DNA of 64,000 bases from an uncultured Verrucomicrobiae bacterium (GCA_963764165.1 CAVXRD010000002.1:256001-320000), one strand, 5' to 3'; shown: positions 37,179 to 48,240, numbered from the stretch's first letter. Numbers and translations: made by a program. The notes: generated by a model from the letters alone, not told the origin.

Positions 37179-39324
37179 ATGGCAGCGAAACGCAAAGATT
37201 CAGAGCAGCAACCGGAATTGCCCATCGATCCGCTGAAGACAAATGGAGCACCCGAGGGCAGCGCAACGGCGCCCAGCCCGAGCCCCGAGGCGGCGGCGGC
37301 CCCGTCGCCCGCGCCTGAGCCCGGACATGTCCTGGCCGAACAGGTGGAAACAGAGCCAGCGCGGCCGTTTGTGCCTGGCACATTTGAATCGGCGCTTCAC
37401 CGCCGGGTGGATCGCGGTTTTCTCGAGTATGCCTCCTACGTTATTCGCGACCGCGCGATTCCGAATTTGAGCGACGGCCTCAAGCCCGTTCAGCGCCGCA
37501 TCATGTGGACGCTGCACGAGAAAGACACCGGGACGTTCATCAAGGTGAACACCATCGCCGGCGCGGCCATGCAATATCATCCTCACGGCGACGCTTCGAT
37601 CAATGACGCGCTGGTCGTGTTGGTCAACAAACGTTACGTGATCGAGGGGCAGGGGAATTTCGGCAACATTTACACCGGCGATTCCGCCGCCGCCGGACGA
37701 TACATCGAGTGCCGGCTGACGGAGCTGGCCCGCAACGAACTTTTCAATGACGAAATTACCGATTTCGTTCCGAGTTACGACGGGCGCTCCAAAGAGCCGG
37801 TGACGCTGCCCAGCAAATTGCCGTTGTTGTTGATGCTCGGCACGGAAGGCATTGCCGTCGGCATGGCGGCGCGCATCTTGCCGCACAATTTTCCCGAGTT
37901 GTTGCAAGCGCAGATTGCGATTCTCAAAAAGCAGCCGTTCAAAGTTCTGCCGGATTTCCAAACGGGCGGATTGATGGACGCCCGCGAATATCGCGACGGC
38001 GCAGGGCAGATCAAGGTGCGCGCCAAGATCAAGGTGAAGGACGATACGACGGTGGTCATCAAGGAAATCCCGCCGACCACCACCACGGAGAGTTTGATTT
38101 CGTCCATTGAGGACGCTTCGCGAAAAGGCAAAATCAAGGTCAAGAGCATCAACGATTTCACCGCTGGCGACCCGGAAATTGAAGTCCGCCCGCCATCTGG
38201 CGTGAGCGCCGAGCAGCTTGTTGACGCGCTCTATGCGTTCACCGATTGCGAGGTGACGATTGCCAGCCGCATCATCGTGATTCGCGACAATCGCCCGGTC
38301 GAGATGACCGTTTCCGATGTCCTTCGCCACAGCACGGAACAGCTTGTCGCGACGCTGAAACGCGAATTGGAATTGAAGGAGCAAAAGCTCGAGCACGAGA
38401 TGCACTTCAAGACGCTCGTGCGGTTGTTCGTGGAAAAGCGCATTTACAAGGGAATCGAAAATGCACGGACCGCAGAAGCGGTTGTCGAAGCGGTGAAGGA
38501 CGGATTCCGTCCGCTTCGCCGCCAGATGCTGCGCGATTTGACGGATGACGACATCACGATGCTGCTGGAAGTGCGCATCCGCCGGATTTCTCTATTTGAC
38601 ATCAACAAGCACCTTGAGGAAATGGAGAAGGTGAAGGCGGATTTGGAGCAGACGCGCCAATTCCTCAAGAACGTCACCAAATTTGCCATCGCGCACCTCG
38701 AACGCTTGTTTGAGAAGTACTTCGCCGATTTATCCGCGCCTCACGAAGTCCAGCCGCTACGACGAAGTGGACGCCCGCGAAGTCGCGTTCAAGTCTTTCA
38801 AGATCGCCTATGATCGCGAGTCGGGTTACATCGGCTACAAAGTCACTGGCGAGGAATTTCGTTTTGATTGCACGAAGTTCGACAAATTGCTGATGGTGTT
38901 CAAGGATGGCCACTACAAAGTCATCGAATTGCCGGAAAAAATGTTCGTCGGCCCGGATCTCGTTTACGCCGCCGTGCCTGACCGTGATAAAGTGATGACG
39001 GCCGCCTACACGAATCGCGAGGCGACGTATCTGAAGCGCTTCACGTTCGGCGGCGCGATTCTTGACAAGGAGTATTTCTGCATTGCCGAGAAGTCAAAGC
39101 TGCTCTACTTTGAGCCGACGACCCCCGAGCAGCTTTACATCCGTTACAAAGCCGCTCCGCACCAGAAAATCAATCAACAAACCTGCAAGCCGGGCGATAT
39201 CGAAGTGAAAAGCCCGAAAACGCTCGGCCGCCAGATTTCGATCAAGGAAGTCGCCGCCATCAACAGCAAACCGCCGCGCGGCTGGGATCCGGAAATGACC
39301 ACCACCAAGGTGGAATTTATTTGA
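37179..39324 (+). CDS. parC: DNA topoisomerase IV subunit A (short GyrA/ParC type), split by a +1 frameshift at about 38721
   Basis: DRAIPNLSDGLKPVQRRI, YHPHGD, catalytic AAGRYIE; ORFs 37179..38813 and 38683..39324 join as EKY-SPIYPRLTK if one T is removed (2145 nt, 714 aa). Confidence 0.88.
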
Positions 39325-39362
39325 CGCAGAGCGGACCAAAGCGCAGGGCGAGGAGTTCGGAG

Positions 39363-41199
39363 TTATGCGCCGGTTTGAGCCGGAGCCTTCGTCTCTTCCA
39401 CCTTGCGCGCGGCTTCTTCCCATTGGGCGCTCAACTCTTTCAACCGATCGGCGACCTCGACGCACTCGCGATTTAGTTCCATCGCGCGGCCCGGCTTTTC
39501 GTAGCTGGTGGGACTTTCAAGCTCCGCGCTGAGTTCCTTCTGGCGCGCTTCGAGCTTTTGAATTTCCGCTTCCAATCGGCTTACCAATTGTTCGTGCTCC
39601 TTGCGCTGGCGCGAGCGGGCCTGGCGCTCCTCTGCTTCAAGGCGTTTTTGCTCTTTCGTCCGCGGTGGCCGTTGGGCCGCCACTGGAGCGGCGGGCGGAG
39701 GAGCCAGCGCGGCCATTTTATCGAGATAGTACCTGCCAGCCGCTCGGGAAATGAGCCAGATGGCCATTCTCGACGCGCACCACATGCGTGCATAATTCGC
39801 GAATGAAATAAACGTCGTGGCTGATGAAAATCAGCGTGCCGGAAAATTGCTTCAGTGCCTCAATCAACGCATCGATGCTCGCCATGTCGAGGTGGGTCGT
39901 CGGCTCGTCCATCAACAATAAATTCGGTGGATCGAGGAGCAATTTCACCAGCGCGAGACGGCTCTTTTCTCCACCGCTCAACACCGAGACCCGTTTGAAA
40001 ACGTCGTCGCCGCGAAACAGGAAGCATCCGAGCAGCGTGCGCACGGACTCTTCCGTCACCGCCTGCGGCGTATCGAGAGCCTCCTCAAGAACCTTGCGCT
40101 CGGGCTTCAGCATGTCGACGCGGTATTGCGAATAGTAACCGCTCTTGGTGTTATGGCCCAATTCACGAAGGCCCGATTGCACCGGCAGGACACCGGCGAG
40201 AAGTTTCAGCAGCGTCGATTTTCCCGCGCCGTTGGGGCCGACCAGAACAATGCGCTGGCCGCGTTCCGCCTCGAAATTAATGCCGCGATAAATCGAGTTC
40301 GAGCCGTAGGAATAGTGAACATCCTCCAGTTTGATCGACCGCAGGCCGCCGCGCTGCGGCTGGGGGAAGTGGAAGCTGATCTTCTTGCTTTCGCTGACCG
40401 GCGCCTCGATTTTTTCCATGCGCTCGATCTGCTTCAACTTGCTTTGCGCCTGCGCCGCTTTGCTGGCCTTGGCTCGGAAGCGCTGCACGAATTCCATCAA
40501 TTGCGCGATTTCCCGCTGCTGGTTTTTGTAGGCGGCCAATTGCTGCGCTTCCGCCGCCGCGCGCTGTTCCACGCTGTTGTCGTAATTGCCGCGGTAGCGG
40601 AACAATTTGCGCTGCCGGATTTCGACAATGTGCGTGGTCAGGGCGTTGAGAAAATTCCGATCGTGGGAAATCATTAGAATGCCGCCCGAATATCCCTCCA
40701 GGTAGTTCTGAAACCATTGCAGCGATTCGAGGTCGAGATGGTTCGTCGGTTCGTCCAGCATCAGAATGTCCGGCTCCTGCACCAGCAATTTCGCCAGATG
40801 GGCGCGCATGACCCAGCCGCCGCTCATTTCGCGCAGAGGTCGGGTGAAATCCTTTTCGCGAAAACTGAGGCCGGACAAAATGCGCTTGGCCTTTGGCTCC
40901 ATTTCATAGGATGCGATGCCGTGCTCGTCCTGCACGGCCGAGAGCGCGGTGTCCAAAACTGTGCTGTCGCCGGCAGGCGAAGACTCCTGCGGAAGATGGC
41001 CGACGACGATGTTTCGCTCGCGGAATACGCTGCCGGAATCCGGCTCCTCCTCGCCGAGAATAAGGGAGAACAAGGTGGACTTTCCTGCGCCGTTGGGCCC
41101 AATCAAGCCAATTCGATCGCTGCGGTTGATTTGCAGCGACACATCTTCAAATAAGGTTTGAGGCCCGTAGGCCTTGCTGACTTCGGAAATGGTTAGCAT
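39363..41199 (-). CDS. ABC-F family ATPase, split by a +1 frameshift at about 39732
   Basis: Two ABC cassettes (GPNGAGKST, SGG, DEPT) and a C-terminal coiled coil; ORFs join as SGWQ-YYLDK if one base is removed (1836 nt, 611 aa). Confidence 0.9.
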
Positions 41200-41215
41200 C
41201 TAAAGAGCGGGGAAC

Positions 41216-41653
41216 TTACTGCAAAAGCTCGGCGGGCGCCACTTCGATTTTATCGCCAATCCACTTTGGGATATTGCAGGCAGACATGGCGGCGCCGTCA
41301 TGCTTTACGCAGACGACGGTCAATCCGCCCCGCGCGACTTCCACCGGCGGCGTGGCATTGAGCTTGGTGAAAGTGAAAATGTAGCTGAGCGATTTGCTGC
41401 GCTTCTCGCGCACGTAAAGATGAATTTCCACTTCGTCCTCAAAGCGGAGGGGGGCTTTGTAATCGCACTCCGCGTGGACGCGGGGCCAGCCCACTTTTTC
41501 TTCGCCGCGCGTGACGATGGAGAATCCGAGCGAACGAAAAAAACCATGCTCCGCCGTCTCCATGAAACGGAAGAAATTCGAATAGTGCATGATGCCGGCC
41601 ATGTCAGTGTCCGAAAACTCGACCCGGCGCGTCGCTTTGAATTCACAAGCCAT
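41216..41653 (-). CDS. Acyl-CoA thioesterase (4HBT/YbgC hot-dog fold)
   Basis: RRVEFSDTDMAGIMHYSNFFRFME and WPRVHAECDYKAPLRFED motifs. Confidence 0.92.
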   Translation of the reverse strand: MACEFKATRRVEFSDTDMAGIMHYSNFFRFMETAEHGFFRSLGFSIVTRGEEKVGWPRVHAECDYKAPLRFEDEVEIHLYVREKRSKSLSYIFTFTKLNATPPVEVARGGLTVVCVKHDGAAMSACNIPKWIGDKIEVAPAELLQ

Positions 41654-41681
41654 GGGGCGAGGATAATTTCGGCGCGGCGAT

Positions 41682-42998
41682 TTACGAGCGGAAATTCCGC
41701 GCCGCCTCGGCGCAGACTTTGGCGAACTCCGCGGCCATGACGGCGGCGCCGAATCGAAGGCGCACGGCCGTTTGCGCCGCCGCGCCCATGGTTCTCGCCT
41801 GGTGCGGAGCGCGGAGAAAAATTTCGAGGGTGTCAATCAACGATTCCATGTCGCCCGTGCGGTAAAGCTGCCCGCCTCCGGTGCGCTGCACCAATTCCGG
41901 AAACGCGCCCTGGTCCGGCTGCACAACAGGGACGCCCGCCGCCATCGCTTCAATGACGGGCAGGCCGAATGCTTCCGGCTGGCGGGCCGGCTCCGAAAAA
42001 ACCGTCAGCGAGCGTAGAAAATCCAATTTCTGGGCGCGCGTGAGATTGGGGCAGAATTCGGCGTCGTCCAGCATTTGGTTCGCTTTCAGCATCTCGCGCA
42101 ATTCGTCGACGACAATTTGATCCATCGGTCCGCAACTGCCTCCAAGCCGCAATTTGATCGTCTCCAGCCCCGGGCGTTTCTTCAGCCGGATGAACGCGTT
42201 GACGAGCAGATCAATTCCCTTGTCGCGGCACATGCGCGCAAAAAATCCGAGTACGGGCGGGCCGGAGCACGCGGGAGCGGGCGCGCCGTATCCCTCAAGG
42301 TTGATGCCATTGTAAACGACTCTCATCCGCGCGTTCGGAACTTTCAGCCGGCCGGACATCAAATCCGCATAGTATTGACTGGGCGCGATGAGGAAATCGA
42401 GATCGGCCGCCTTTTCCGCCGCGACTTGCCAGGCCGTGGTGCGATCTTCGGCTGGCAGGGCGTCGAGGAAATAATCTTCGCCTTGCAGCGAGCAAATGAC
42501 CGGGGCGCGCACTTCGGCTTTGATGCGCCGAACCATGCCCGAGAGGAGGGAATTGGAGAGGCAAATGACATCCGGCTTTTCGGATTTCAGCCAGGGAATC
42601 AGATCATCCAACTCGCGCGCCTGGTTTCCGTCCTCGCCGCGCAGCATCGAAATCGTCAGCGCGCCCAATTCCTCGGCCCGCGTTTTCCCGGCGAAGCCCG
42701 CCGCGAGGTCCAGCAGCGCGGGCGCCGAAAGCATGCGGTGAAACCACGCTGGCGACTTGCGAAAAAAAGCCGACTGCTGTTCGAGATAAACGTTGATGCC
42801 GCCGAAGAAAATCCGCGTGCCCTCCGTGGGATCAGTTTCCTCCAATGTGAGCGGGAGATACATCGGCGCCATGACGACTGAATGGCCCTGGGCGCGAAGG
42901 GCGTTGACGAGGGCGTTGTCACGCAGGCAGGCGCCGCAGAACATTTTTCCTGCGCCTGGCGTCAACTGGATGATTCGCAACGGGGATTCGCTTGGCAT
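41682..42998 (-). CDS. Glycosyltransferase family 4
   Basis: VVYNGI and EAFGLPVIEAMAAGVPVV motifs; N-terminal CGACLRD. Confidence 0.92.
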   Translation of the reverse strand: MPSESPLRIIQLTPGAGKMFCGACLRDNALVNALRAQGHSVVMAPMYLPLTLEETDPTEGTRIFFGGINVYLEQQSAFFRKSPAWFHRMLSAPALLDLAAGFAGKTRAEELGALTISMLRGEDGNQARELDDLIPWLKSEKPDVICLSNSLLSGMVRRIKAEVRAPVICSLQGEDYFLDALPAEDRTTAWQVAAEKAADLDFLIAPSQYYADLMSGRLKVPNARMRVVYNGINLEGYGAPAPACSGPPVLGFFARMCRDKGIDLLVNAFIRLKKRPGLETIKLRLGGSCGPMDQIVVDELREMLKANQMLDDAEFCPNLTRAQKLDFLRSLTVFSEPARQPEAFGLPVIEAMAAGVPVVQPDQGAFPELVQRTGGGQLYRTGDMESLIDTLEIFLRAPHQARTMGAAAQTAVRLRFGAAVMAAEFAKVCAEAARNFRS

Positions 42999-43046
42999 TC
43001 TTCAGCGCCCAAAGTCTGCGGAGAACATCGAAAACTTCAAGGGCAA

Positions 43047-43126
43047 AGGCAGGGGCGCCTTCCCCCAGGCGTCCGGTTGCCCCTGAAGGCAGCCCACCCC
43101 GGACACCTCGGTGAGGCGTCTCCACC
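43047..43126. repeat. Degenerate GTAG-type REP pair
   Basis: GGCAGGGGCGCCTTCCCCCAGGCGTCCGG ... CCGGACACCTCGGTGAGGCGTCTCCACC. Confidence 0.7.
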
Positions 43127-43238
43127 CAATCAACCGAGCTGGGCGCTCGTTGATTTCGATAGATCACGACAAATAAGATGCATCTTCCTCGGGATGGAAC
43201 CCTCGCTGGATGCGAATTATTATATAATCTCCAAAAAG

Positions 43239-43283
43239 CCGTTACACCCGTTACACCCGTTACACCCGTTACACCCGTTACAC
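43239..43283. repeat. Perfect 9-bp tandem repeat (CCGTTACAC)5
   Basis: Read directly from the sequence. Confidence 0.97.
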
Positions 43284-43595
43284 TGTTGATTGCCAGGCAT
43301 TTAACCCGCTATGTCGGTTATCGAGGCGTTCCTTGCTGCGCACCTCGATTCCTCGTGTATGCCCTGGCGTGTAGTAAAATGTGCGAATGAGCCCAACGTT
43401 GGAAACGCCGCATTCGCGGCCAAGCGCAACCACTTGCTCCACCTCTTTGGGAGACAGCTTGCCTTCCTCAACGAATTCGGGCTGTAAGTCAGAAGGAGGC
43501 ACTGTCGCGCAAGCATCGAGAAAAAGAGTAACCGCCGAAATGGCAACAAGGAGAAAGTACTGGCTGACAATTCGTTTTTCACGCTGGCTCAGCAT
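43278..43595 (-). CDS. Hypothetical lipoprotein, possibly 3'-truncated
   Basis: Basic N-terminus, hydrophobic stretch and LDAC lipobox; stop codon lies inside the 9-bp repeat. Confidence 0.55.
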   Translation of the reverse strand: MLSQREKRIVSQYFLLVAISAVTLFLDACATVPPSDLQPEFVEEGKLSPKEVEQVVALGRECGVSNVGLIRTFYYTPGHTRGIEVRSKERLDNRHSGLNAWQSTV

Positions 43596-43796
43596 AGCTA
43601 GGCGCGCCTCATTGGAAATACAATAGTTAGGCTTGCCGGAGTTTCGTCCCGTCGAGACATCGGCATATAATGAGCCATATTGTCACATATATGTGACGCA
43701 TGATACGGGCCATTTTGTCCCTAGTTAAATAATCAGAGCGATGCTCGATTTCTTGCAAACAACTTATAACAAATCACTTACAACTATAGCACGATG

Positions 43797-43812
43797 TGGC
43801 ACGCCGTAGGCT
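43797..43812 (+). promoter_or_regulatory. Putative sigma54 (-24/-12) promoter of the hsp20 pair
   Basis: TGGCACGCCGTAGGCT has exact GG-N10-GC spacing, about 85 nt upstream of the ATG. Confidence 0.55.
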
Positions 43813-43896
43813 ATATGGGAACCGTCTGATAAACTCAGACTGAGCAATTTAAAACAAAATTTGAAATTTGAAACAATTAAAAGAAAGGCAAATCCT

Positions 43897-44382
43897 ATGA
43901 CACTTACAAGATGGCAGCGCCCCGATTTTCGCAACCTTCACCCTCTCCGCCGCATGGCAAGTTTGCGGGATGAAGTCGATAATCTGTTCAGCTTGGCTTT
44001 CGGCCAGCTCAATGCAAACAACGAAAATGGCCAGGAATCCCAATTGCGGGAAGGCTGGTTCCCCGCCGTTGATGTCTACGAAGACAAAGATAACCTGCTG
44101 GTCAAAGCCGAGCTCCCGGGCCTGAAGAAGGAGGATATTGAAATCTCCCTTCACGACGGCTACCTGACGCTGTCCGGCGAGCGCAAGGAAGAGAGCCGCA
44201 AAAAGGATGGAGACGTCTACCGGTCTGAACGCTGGTCTGGGCGGTTCAGCCGCTCGATCAGCCTGCCCTTCCAGGTGCAGACGGACAAAATCACGGCCAA
44301 CTACACCGATGGCGTTTTGGCGGTGACACTGCCCAAAGCGGAGGAGGCGAAGCCGAAACAAATCCAGATTTCGGTGAAATAA
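43897..44382 (+). CDS. Hsp20/alpha-crystallin small heat-shock protein
   Basis: WFPAVDVYED, AELPGLKKEDI, ERWSGRFSRSISLP and YTDGVLAVTLPK motifs; SD AGAAAGG. Confidence 0.96.
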   Translation: MTLTRWQRPDFRNLHPLRRMASLRDEVDNLFSLAFGQLNANNENGQESQLREGWFPAVDVYEDKDNLLVKAELPGLKKEDIEISLHDGYLTLSGERKEESRKKDGDVYRSERWSGRFSRSISLPFQVQTDKITANYTDGVLAVTLPKAEEAKPKQIQISVK

Positions 44383-44470
44383 CCCAGCGAAACCGGAACC
44401 AAAAAACGAAACAATCACCAAAATATTGAAATTGAAGGGCGAGCAAGCTTGCCCGCATGAAGGAAAAAAT

Positions 44471-44851
44471 ATGAATACCGCAATCCAACAAGAGGAACAA
44501 TCTGTTCGCCCGCAACCTGTGAATTCGGAGCGCCCGTACGTGTCGCCGCGCGTGAACATCGTCGAGAACAAGGACGGCTACTCGCTCGAAGCCGAAATGC
44601 CCGGCGTCAGCAAGGACGGCCTGGATATCAGCGTCGAGGAGAACGTGCTGACAATCACCGGACGGCGCCCGGCGGAACCGACCGCGACCTTGCTCTATCG
44701 CGAGTCGCGCCCGGCTGATTACCGCCGCGTGTTCGAACTGGATCCCTCCATCGACAGCGCGAAGATCAGCGCGCAGATCGAACAGGGCATTTTGACGCTG
44801 ACGCTGCCGAAAGCAGAGAGAGTCAAACCGCGCCGAATCGCAGTCAATTAA
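44471..44851 (+). CDS. Hsp20/alpha-crystallin small heat-shock protein
   Basis: PRVNIVE, AEMPGVSK, YRRVFEL and GILTLTLPK motifs. Confidence 0.95.
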   Translation: MNTAIQQEEQSVRPQPVNSERPYVSPRVNIVENKDGYSLEAEMPGVSKDGLDISVEENVLTITGRRPAEPTATLLYRESRPADYRRVFELDPSIDSAKISAQIEQGILTLTLPKAERVKPRRIAVN

Positions 44852-44874
44852 AAGATTATCGCACTTGAGCAAGG

Positions 44875-44912
44875 GCCGGGTGGCGCGAGCCGCCCGGCTT
44901 TTGCCTTTCTTT
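44875..44912 (+). terminator. Intrinsic terminator between convergent genes
   Basis: Stem GCCGGGTGGC-GCGA-GCCGCCCGGC followed by TTTTGCCTTTCTTT. Confidence 0.85.
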
Positions 44913-44918
44913 GTGAAA

Positions 44919-46160
44919 TCATGATTTCAGCCCTTTCAAGCCCGCATCCCATTTTTCGTTGGTCTTGATCATTTCGTCCCACGTCACTTCGGCGCGGCGA
45001 TAGGCGGCGGTGCGGCCAAGGATTGTCGTCAAATTGCTGCGGACGCTCGGGGCGACGGTTCCATTGGAATAATCGCTGGACGTGATGGCTTTGTGAAAGC
45101 TCGCGATATTATTGACAACGCCGTCCGTGAACAGATTCGCCATCGTCCCACCATTGAAGGCGTCGTTGCAGAGCACCTTCACCACGCCGAAATAATGCGT
45201 GTCAATAACACCTTCCAAGCCATACGCGCGGCACCCGATATCCTCCCACTGCTTGCCAATTTGTTTTGAGCTGAACGTCAGCCGGACGTCGTTCGGAAAT
45301 TCGTAAATCACGGAAAAATTATCCCACACACCGTTCGGAATCGCGGCGCGGACACGGCCTCCCGAGCCGACGGCCCGAAGCGGCGCGGCGTCGAGAACCC
45401 AGCACGCCACATCCAGCGCATGGATGTTTTGCTCGGTAATGATGTCGCCGGAAAGCGTGCGGTCGGCGCCCCAACCGCGCAACCGCGCCTCATCGTCGTT
45501 TGGATGCGCGCGAATATGCGCGTCCATTCCACCCCAGACATCGCCAGTTTGGTAGGCCGCCTCGGCGGAAACGATTTTTCCAATGCCGCCCGCATGCACG
45601 ATTCGCACCGCTTCCTGATAGGATGGATGCGCGCGGGTCTGGAAATCCACGAGGAAGACGAGCTTCTTTTCCGTCGCCTTTCGGCCCGCTTCCGCGACCG
45701 TCGTGCAGCCGGGGACATCGACCGCGACGGGCTTGGCGCAATACACATGCTTGCCCGCCTCAATTGCCGCCGCTGCGTGCTCGGGATGAAAATACGGCGT
45801 CGATTCGATGACAACCGCGTCGAGCTTTTGTTCGAGCAATTTTTCATATCCTGAAAGCCCGCTGAACCTCTGATTCGATTCCACTTTGAATTGATCGCCG
45901 GCTTCATTCACGCGATCTGGAAAATAATCCGCCAGCGCCACCAAATCATAATTGCCGTTTTTTCGGAAAAGATCGGCAATCCACTTCCCACGCCCGCCGC
46001 ATCCAACAAGGCCGATTTTTATTCGCGGCGCGGTTGAATCCTGCGCAGCAAGACTCGACGCCCCGGCAGCGAGTGACAACGCGGACGCGCCCGCGGTTGC
46101 CAAAAATTGCCTGCGCGATAAGTCCGAGCCGGTTGAAAGGGGCGGTGTTTTGCCGTTCAT
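44919..46160 (-). CDS. Tat-exported Gfo/Idh/MocA oxidoreductase
   Basis: SRRQFL twin-arginine signal; IGLVGCGGRG and HVYCAKP motifs. Confidence 0.92.
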   Translation of the reverse strand: MNGKTPPLSTGSDLSRRQFLATAGASALSLAAGASSLAAQDSTAPRIKIGLVGCGGRGKWIADLFRKNGNYDLVALADYFPDRVNEAGDQFKVESNQRFSGLSGYEKLLEQKLDAVVIESTPYFHPEHAAAAIEAGKHVYCAKPVAVDVPGCTTVAEAGRKATEKKLVFLVDFQTRAHPSYQEAVRIVHAGGIGKIVSAEAAYQTGDVWGGMDAHIRAHPNDDEARLRGWGADRTLSGDIITEQNIHALDVACWVLDAAPLRAVGSGGRVRAAIPNGVWDNFSVIYEFPNDVRLTFSSKQIGKQWEDIGCRAYGLEGVIDTHYFGVVKVLCNDAFNGGTMANLFTDGVVNNIASFHKAITSSDYSNGTVAPSVRSNLTTILGRTAAYRRAEVTWDEMIKTNEKWDAGLKGLKS

Positions 46161-46164
46161 AAAG

Positions 46165-47043
46165 TCAGGTGAAATTTCCTTTCAAGTATTTCAGATCAGC
46201 CCGGTAGTCTTCAACCAAAGAATGCGGCGCGGCGGCCTCGATTTGAATCCAGCCGTGATAGTCGATATCGTCCATCGCCCCGCGGACCTTGCGGAAATCG
46301 ATTCGGCCTTGCCCGAGCATGAACCCAGCGTCCTTGGCGTGGAATTCGCAGATGTTGTTTTTCAACAATCGAATTTCCGCGCAAATGTCGTAACCCTTGT
46401 CGGTCGAATTTCCCACGTCGTAATAAACCTTCACCGCCGGAGAACCCACCCGCTGCAAAATATCGAGATTCTCCGGCGCGCTCAGATAATTCTCTAGGCC
46501 CAATATCACACCCGCTTTTTGCGCGCGCGGCGCGAGGTCTTTCAGCAATTCAACGGTGCGATCGGTCCCCTCTTTGTCGCCTTTCAATTCGCCGTGGAAG
46601 AACTGCGCCACGAGAATGACTTTGACCCCGAGCGCTTTTGCGACCTCGATGGAATCCAGCAGCCAAATCGATGCTCTTGGGTCGGATTTCAGAGGGATGT
46701 CGTTCAATTCGGCGAGGGCAAGTGACGCGATCTCCAATCCTGTCTTTTGCGCGGCATTCTTATACGCCTGCTGCACCTCGATTCGGCGCAGGTGCATGTT
46801 GTCAGCGCGGCTGCCCAGATTTAGTTGGACGCCGTCCAGCCCGATTTCCTTGGCGACGTCGAAGCAGGAAGGGTCGGATTTTCCAAGCGACCATTCGGGC
46901 GCGCCGATTTTGAATCGGCGCTCGCCCGCGAACAGCGGGGCAACCGCCGAGGCAAAAGCCAGCGACGCTGCCAGCTTCACTGAATTGCCAATCATCGCCC
47001 GCCGCGTCGTTTTTGAACAAACCTCGCTCACGGGCAAAATCAT
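46165..47043 (-). CDS. Sugar phosphate isomerase/epimerase (TIM barrel), Tat-like signal
   Basis: TRRAMI signal; LGLEN, YYDVGNS, FHAKD and LGQGRIDF motifs. Confidence 0.88.
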   Translation of the reverse strand: MILPVSEVCSKTTRRAMIGNSVKLAASLAFASAVAPLFAGERRFKIGAPEWSLGKSDPSCFDVAKEIGLDGVQLNLGSRADNMHLRRIEVQQAYKNAAQKTGLEIASLALAELNDIPLKSDPRASIWLLDSIEVAKALGVKVILVAQFFHGELKGDKEGTDRTVELLKDLAPRAQKAGVILGLENYLSAPENLDILQRVGSPAVKVYYDVGNSTDKGYDICAEIRLLKNNICEFHAKDAGFMLGQGRIDFRKVRGAMDDIDYHGWIQIEAAAPHSLVEDYRADLKYLKGNFT

Positions 47044-48240
47044 TTAGACCTCGAGGAGAATTCGCGCGGGATTCTCGATCATTTCCTTGATGCGCACGAG
47101 GAAAGTCACCGCCTCACGGCCATCGACGAGGCGATGGTCGTAGCTGAGCGCGACATACATCATCGGGCGAATCACCACCGCGCCCTCCACCGCCACCGGG
47201 CGTTGCTGGATGGTATGCATGCCAAGAATGCCGCTTTGGGGTGGATTGACAATCGGCGTGGAAAGCAGCGAGCCGTAGACGCCGCCATTGGTAATCGTGA
47301 ACGTGCCGCCTTGCAACTCGTCCGGCTTGAGCTTGTTGTCCTTGGCGCGCGTCGCGAAATCGGCGATGGCCTTCTCGACTTCCGCAAAACCGAGCTGCTC
47401 GGCGTTGCGCAAGACTGGCACGGCCAGGCCCTTGCCCGAGCCGATGGCGATGCCGATGTCAAAATAATTATGATATACAATGTCCTCACCCGAGAGCGAG
47501 GCGTTCAATTGCGGGATTCCCTTGAGCGCTTCAATGGAAGCCTTCACGAAAAAGGACATAAAGCCGAGTTTCACTTTATGCCTGGCGGTGAAGGCTTCCT
47601 GATGCGCCTGGCGCAAGGCCATCACGGCGGACATGTCAATTTCGTTGAACGTCGTCAGCATCGCCATCGTCTGCTGAGCCTCGACAAGGCGGCGGGCGAC
47701 GGTTCGGCGCAACGGTGTCATACGAACCACTTCGTCCTCGCGCCCGGGCGCCAGCGGCGTGCGGGCGGCGGGTCGGGGCGCGACTTCCAGCGCGGCGGGA
47801 GGCTGCGCGGGCGCGGCGGGTGTTTCTTTGACAGGCGCGGGAGCGGGCGTCGGCGTTTGCGCTGGAGTCGGGGCGGCCTCAGCAGCGGGAGCCGCGGGAG
47901 CTGGACTTGGCGCCGGGGCTGGAGCCGAAGATGGCGCCGCTGCCGGAGCGGGAGCCGCCTTTTCGGCTTTTTTCGCGGGGCGGGGATCTTCTTTCCCCTT
48001 CACGCCAGCTTCCAAATACCCAATCACTTCCCCAATCAGCGCCTTGTCGCCCTTTTTCTTCAAAATCTGGCTTATCGTCCCGGAAGCCGGAGCTGGCAAT
48101 TCCACCGTGGCCTTCTCCGATTCCAAAGCCACCACTGGCTCGTCTTTGTTGACAGAGTCGCCTGCGGATTTGAGCCATTGGCCGATTTCAATTTCGGTGA
48201 TCGATTCACCGACCGACGGAACTTTCAATTCAATTGCCAT
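47044..48240 (-). CDS. sucB: 2-oxoglutarate dehydrogenase E2, dihydrolipoamide succinyltransferase
   Basis: Lipoyl domain, Pro/Ala linker, LTTFNE and [11 protein letters not shown] motifs. Confidence 0.96.
   Translation of the reverse strand: MAIELKVPSVGESITEIEIGQWLKSAGDSVNKDEPVVALESEKATVELPAPASGTISQILKKKGDKALIGEVIGYLEAGVKGKEDPRPAKKAEKAAPAPAAAPSSAPAPAPSPAPAAPAAEAAPTPAQTPTPAPAPVKETPAAPAQPPAALEVAPRPAARTPLAPGREDEVVRMTPLRRTVARRLVEAQQTMAMLTTFNEIDMSAVMALRQAHQEAFTARHKVKLGFMSFFVKASIEALKGIPQLNASLSGEDIVYHNYFDIGIAIGSGKGLAVPVLRNAEQLGFAEVEKAIADFATRAKDNKLKPDELQGGTFTITNGGVYGSLLSTPIVNPPQSGILGMHTIQQRPVAVEGAVVIRPMMYVALSYDHRLVDGREAVTFLVRIKEMIENPARILLEV

Noticed and set aside
38715..39737. Programmed ribosomal frameshifting or true pseudogenisation of parC and the ABC-F gene
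   Set aside because: No slippery heptamer and no other decay in either gene; a single extra base at the same motif points to a sequencing artefact
42882..43390. ORFs containing PLHPLH or VTPVTP peptide repeats
   Set aside because: These are just translations of the 9-bp tandem repeat and REP DNA, with no support for coding
43620..43896. CIRCE (HrcA) element upstream of hsp20
   Set aside because: No TTAGCACTC-N9-GAGTGCTAA match; only a partial TAGCAC
47760..47990. Pro/Ala-rich repetitive stretch as a novel repeat
   Set aside because: It is the normal flexible linker of the E2 subunit SucB
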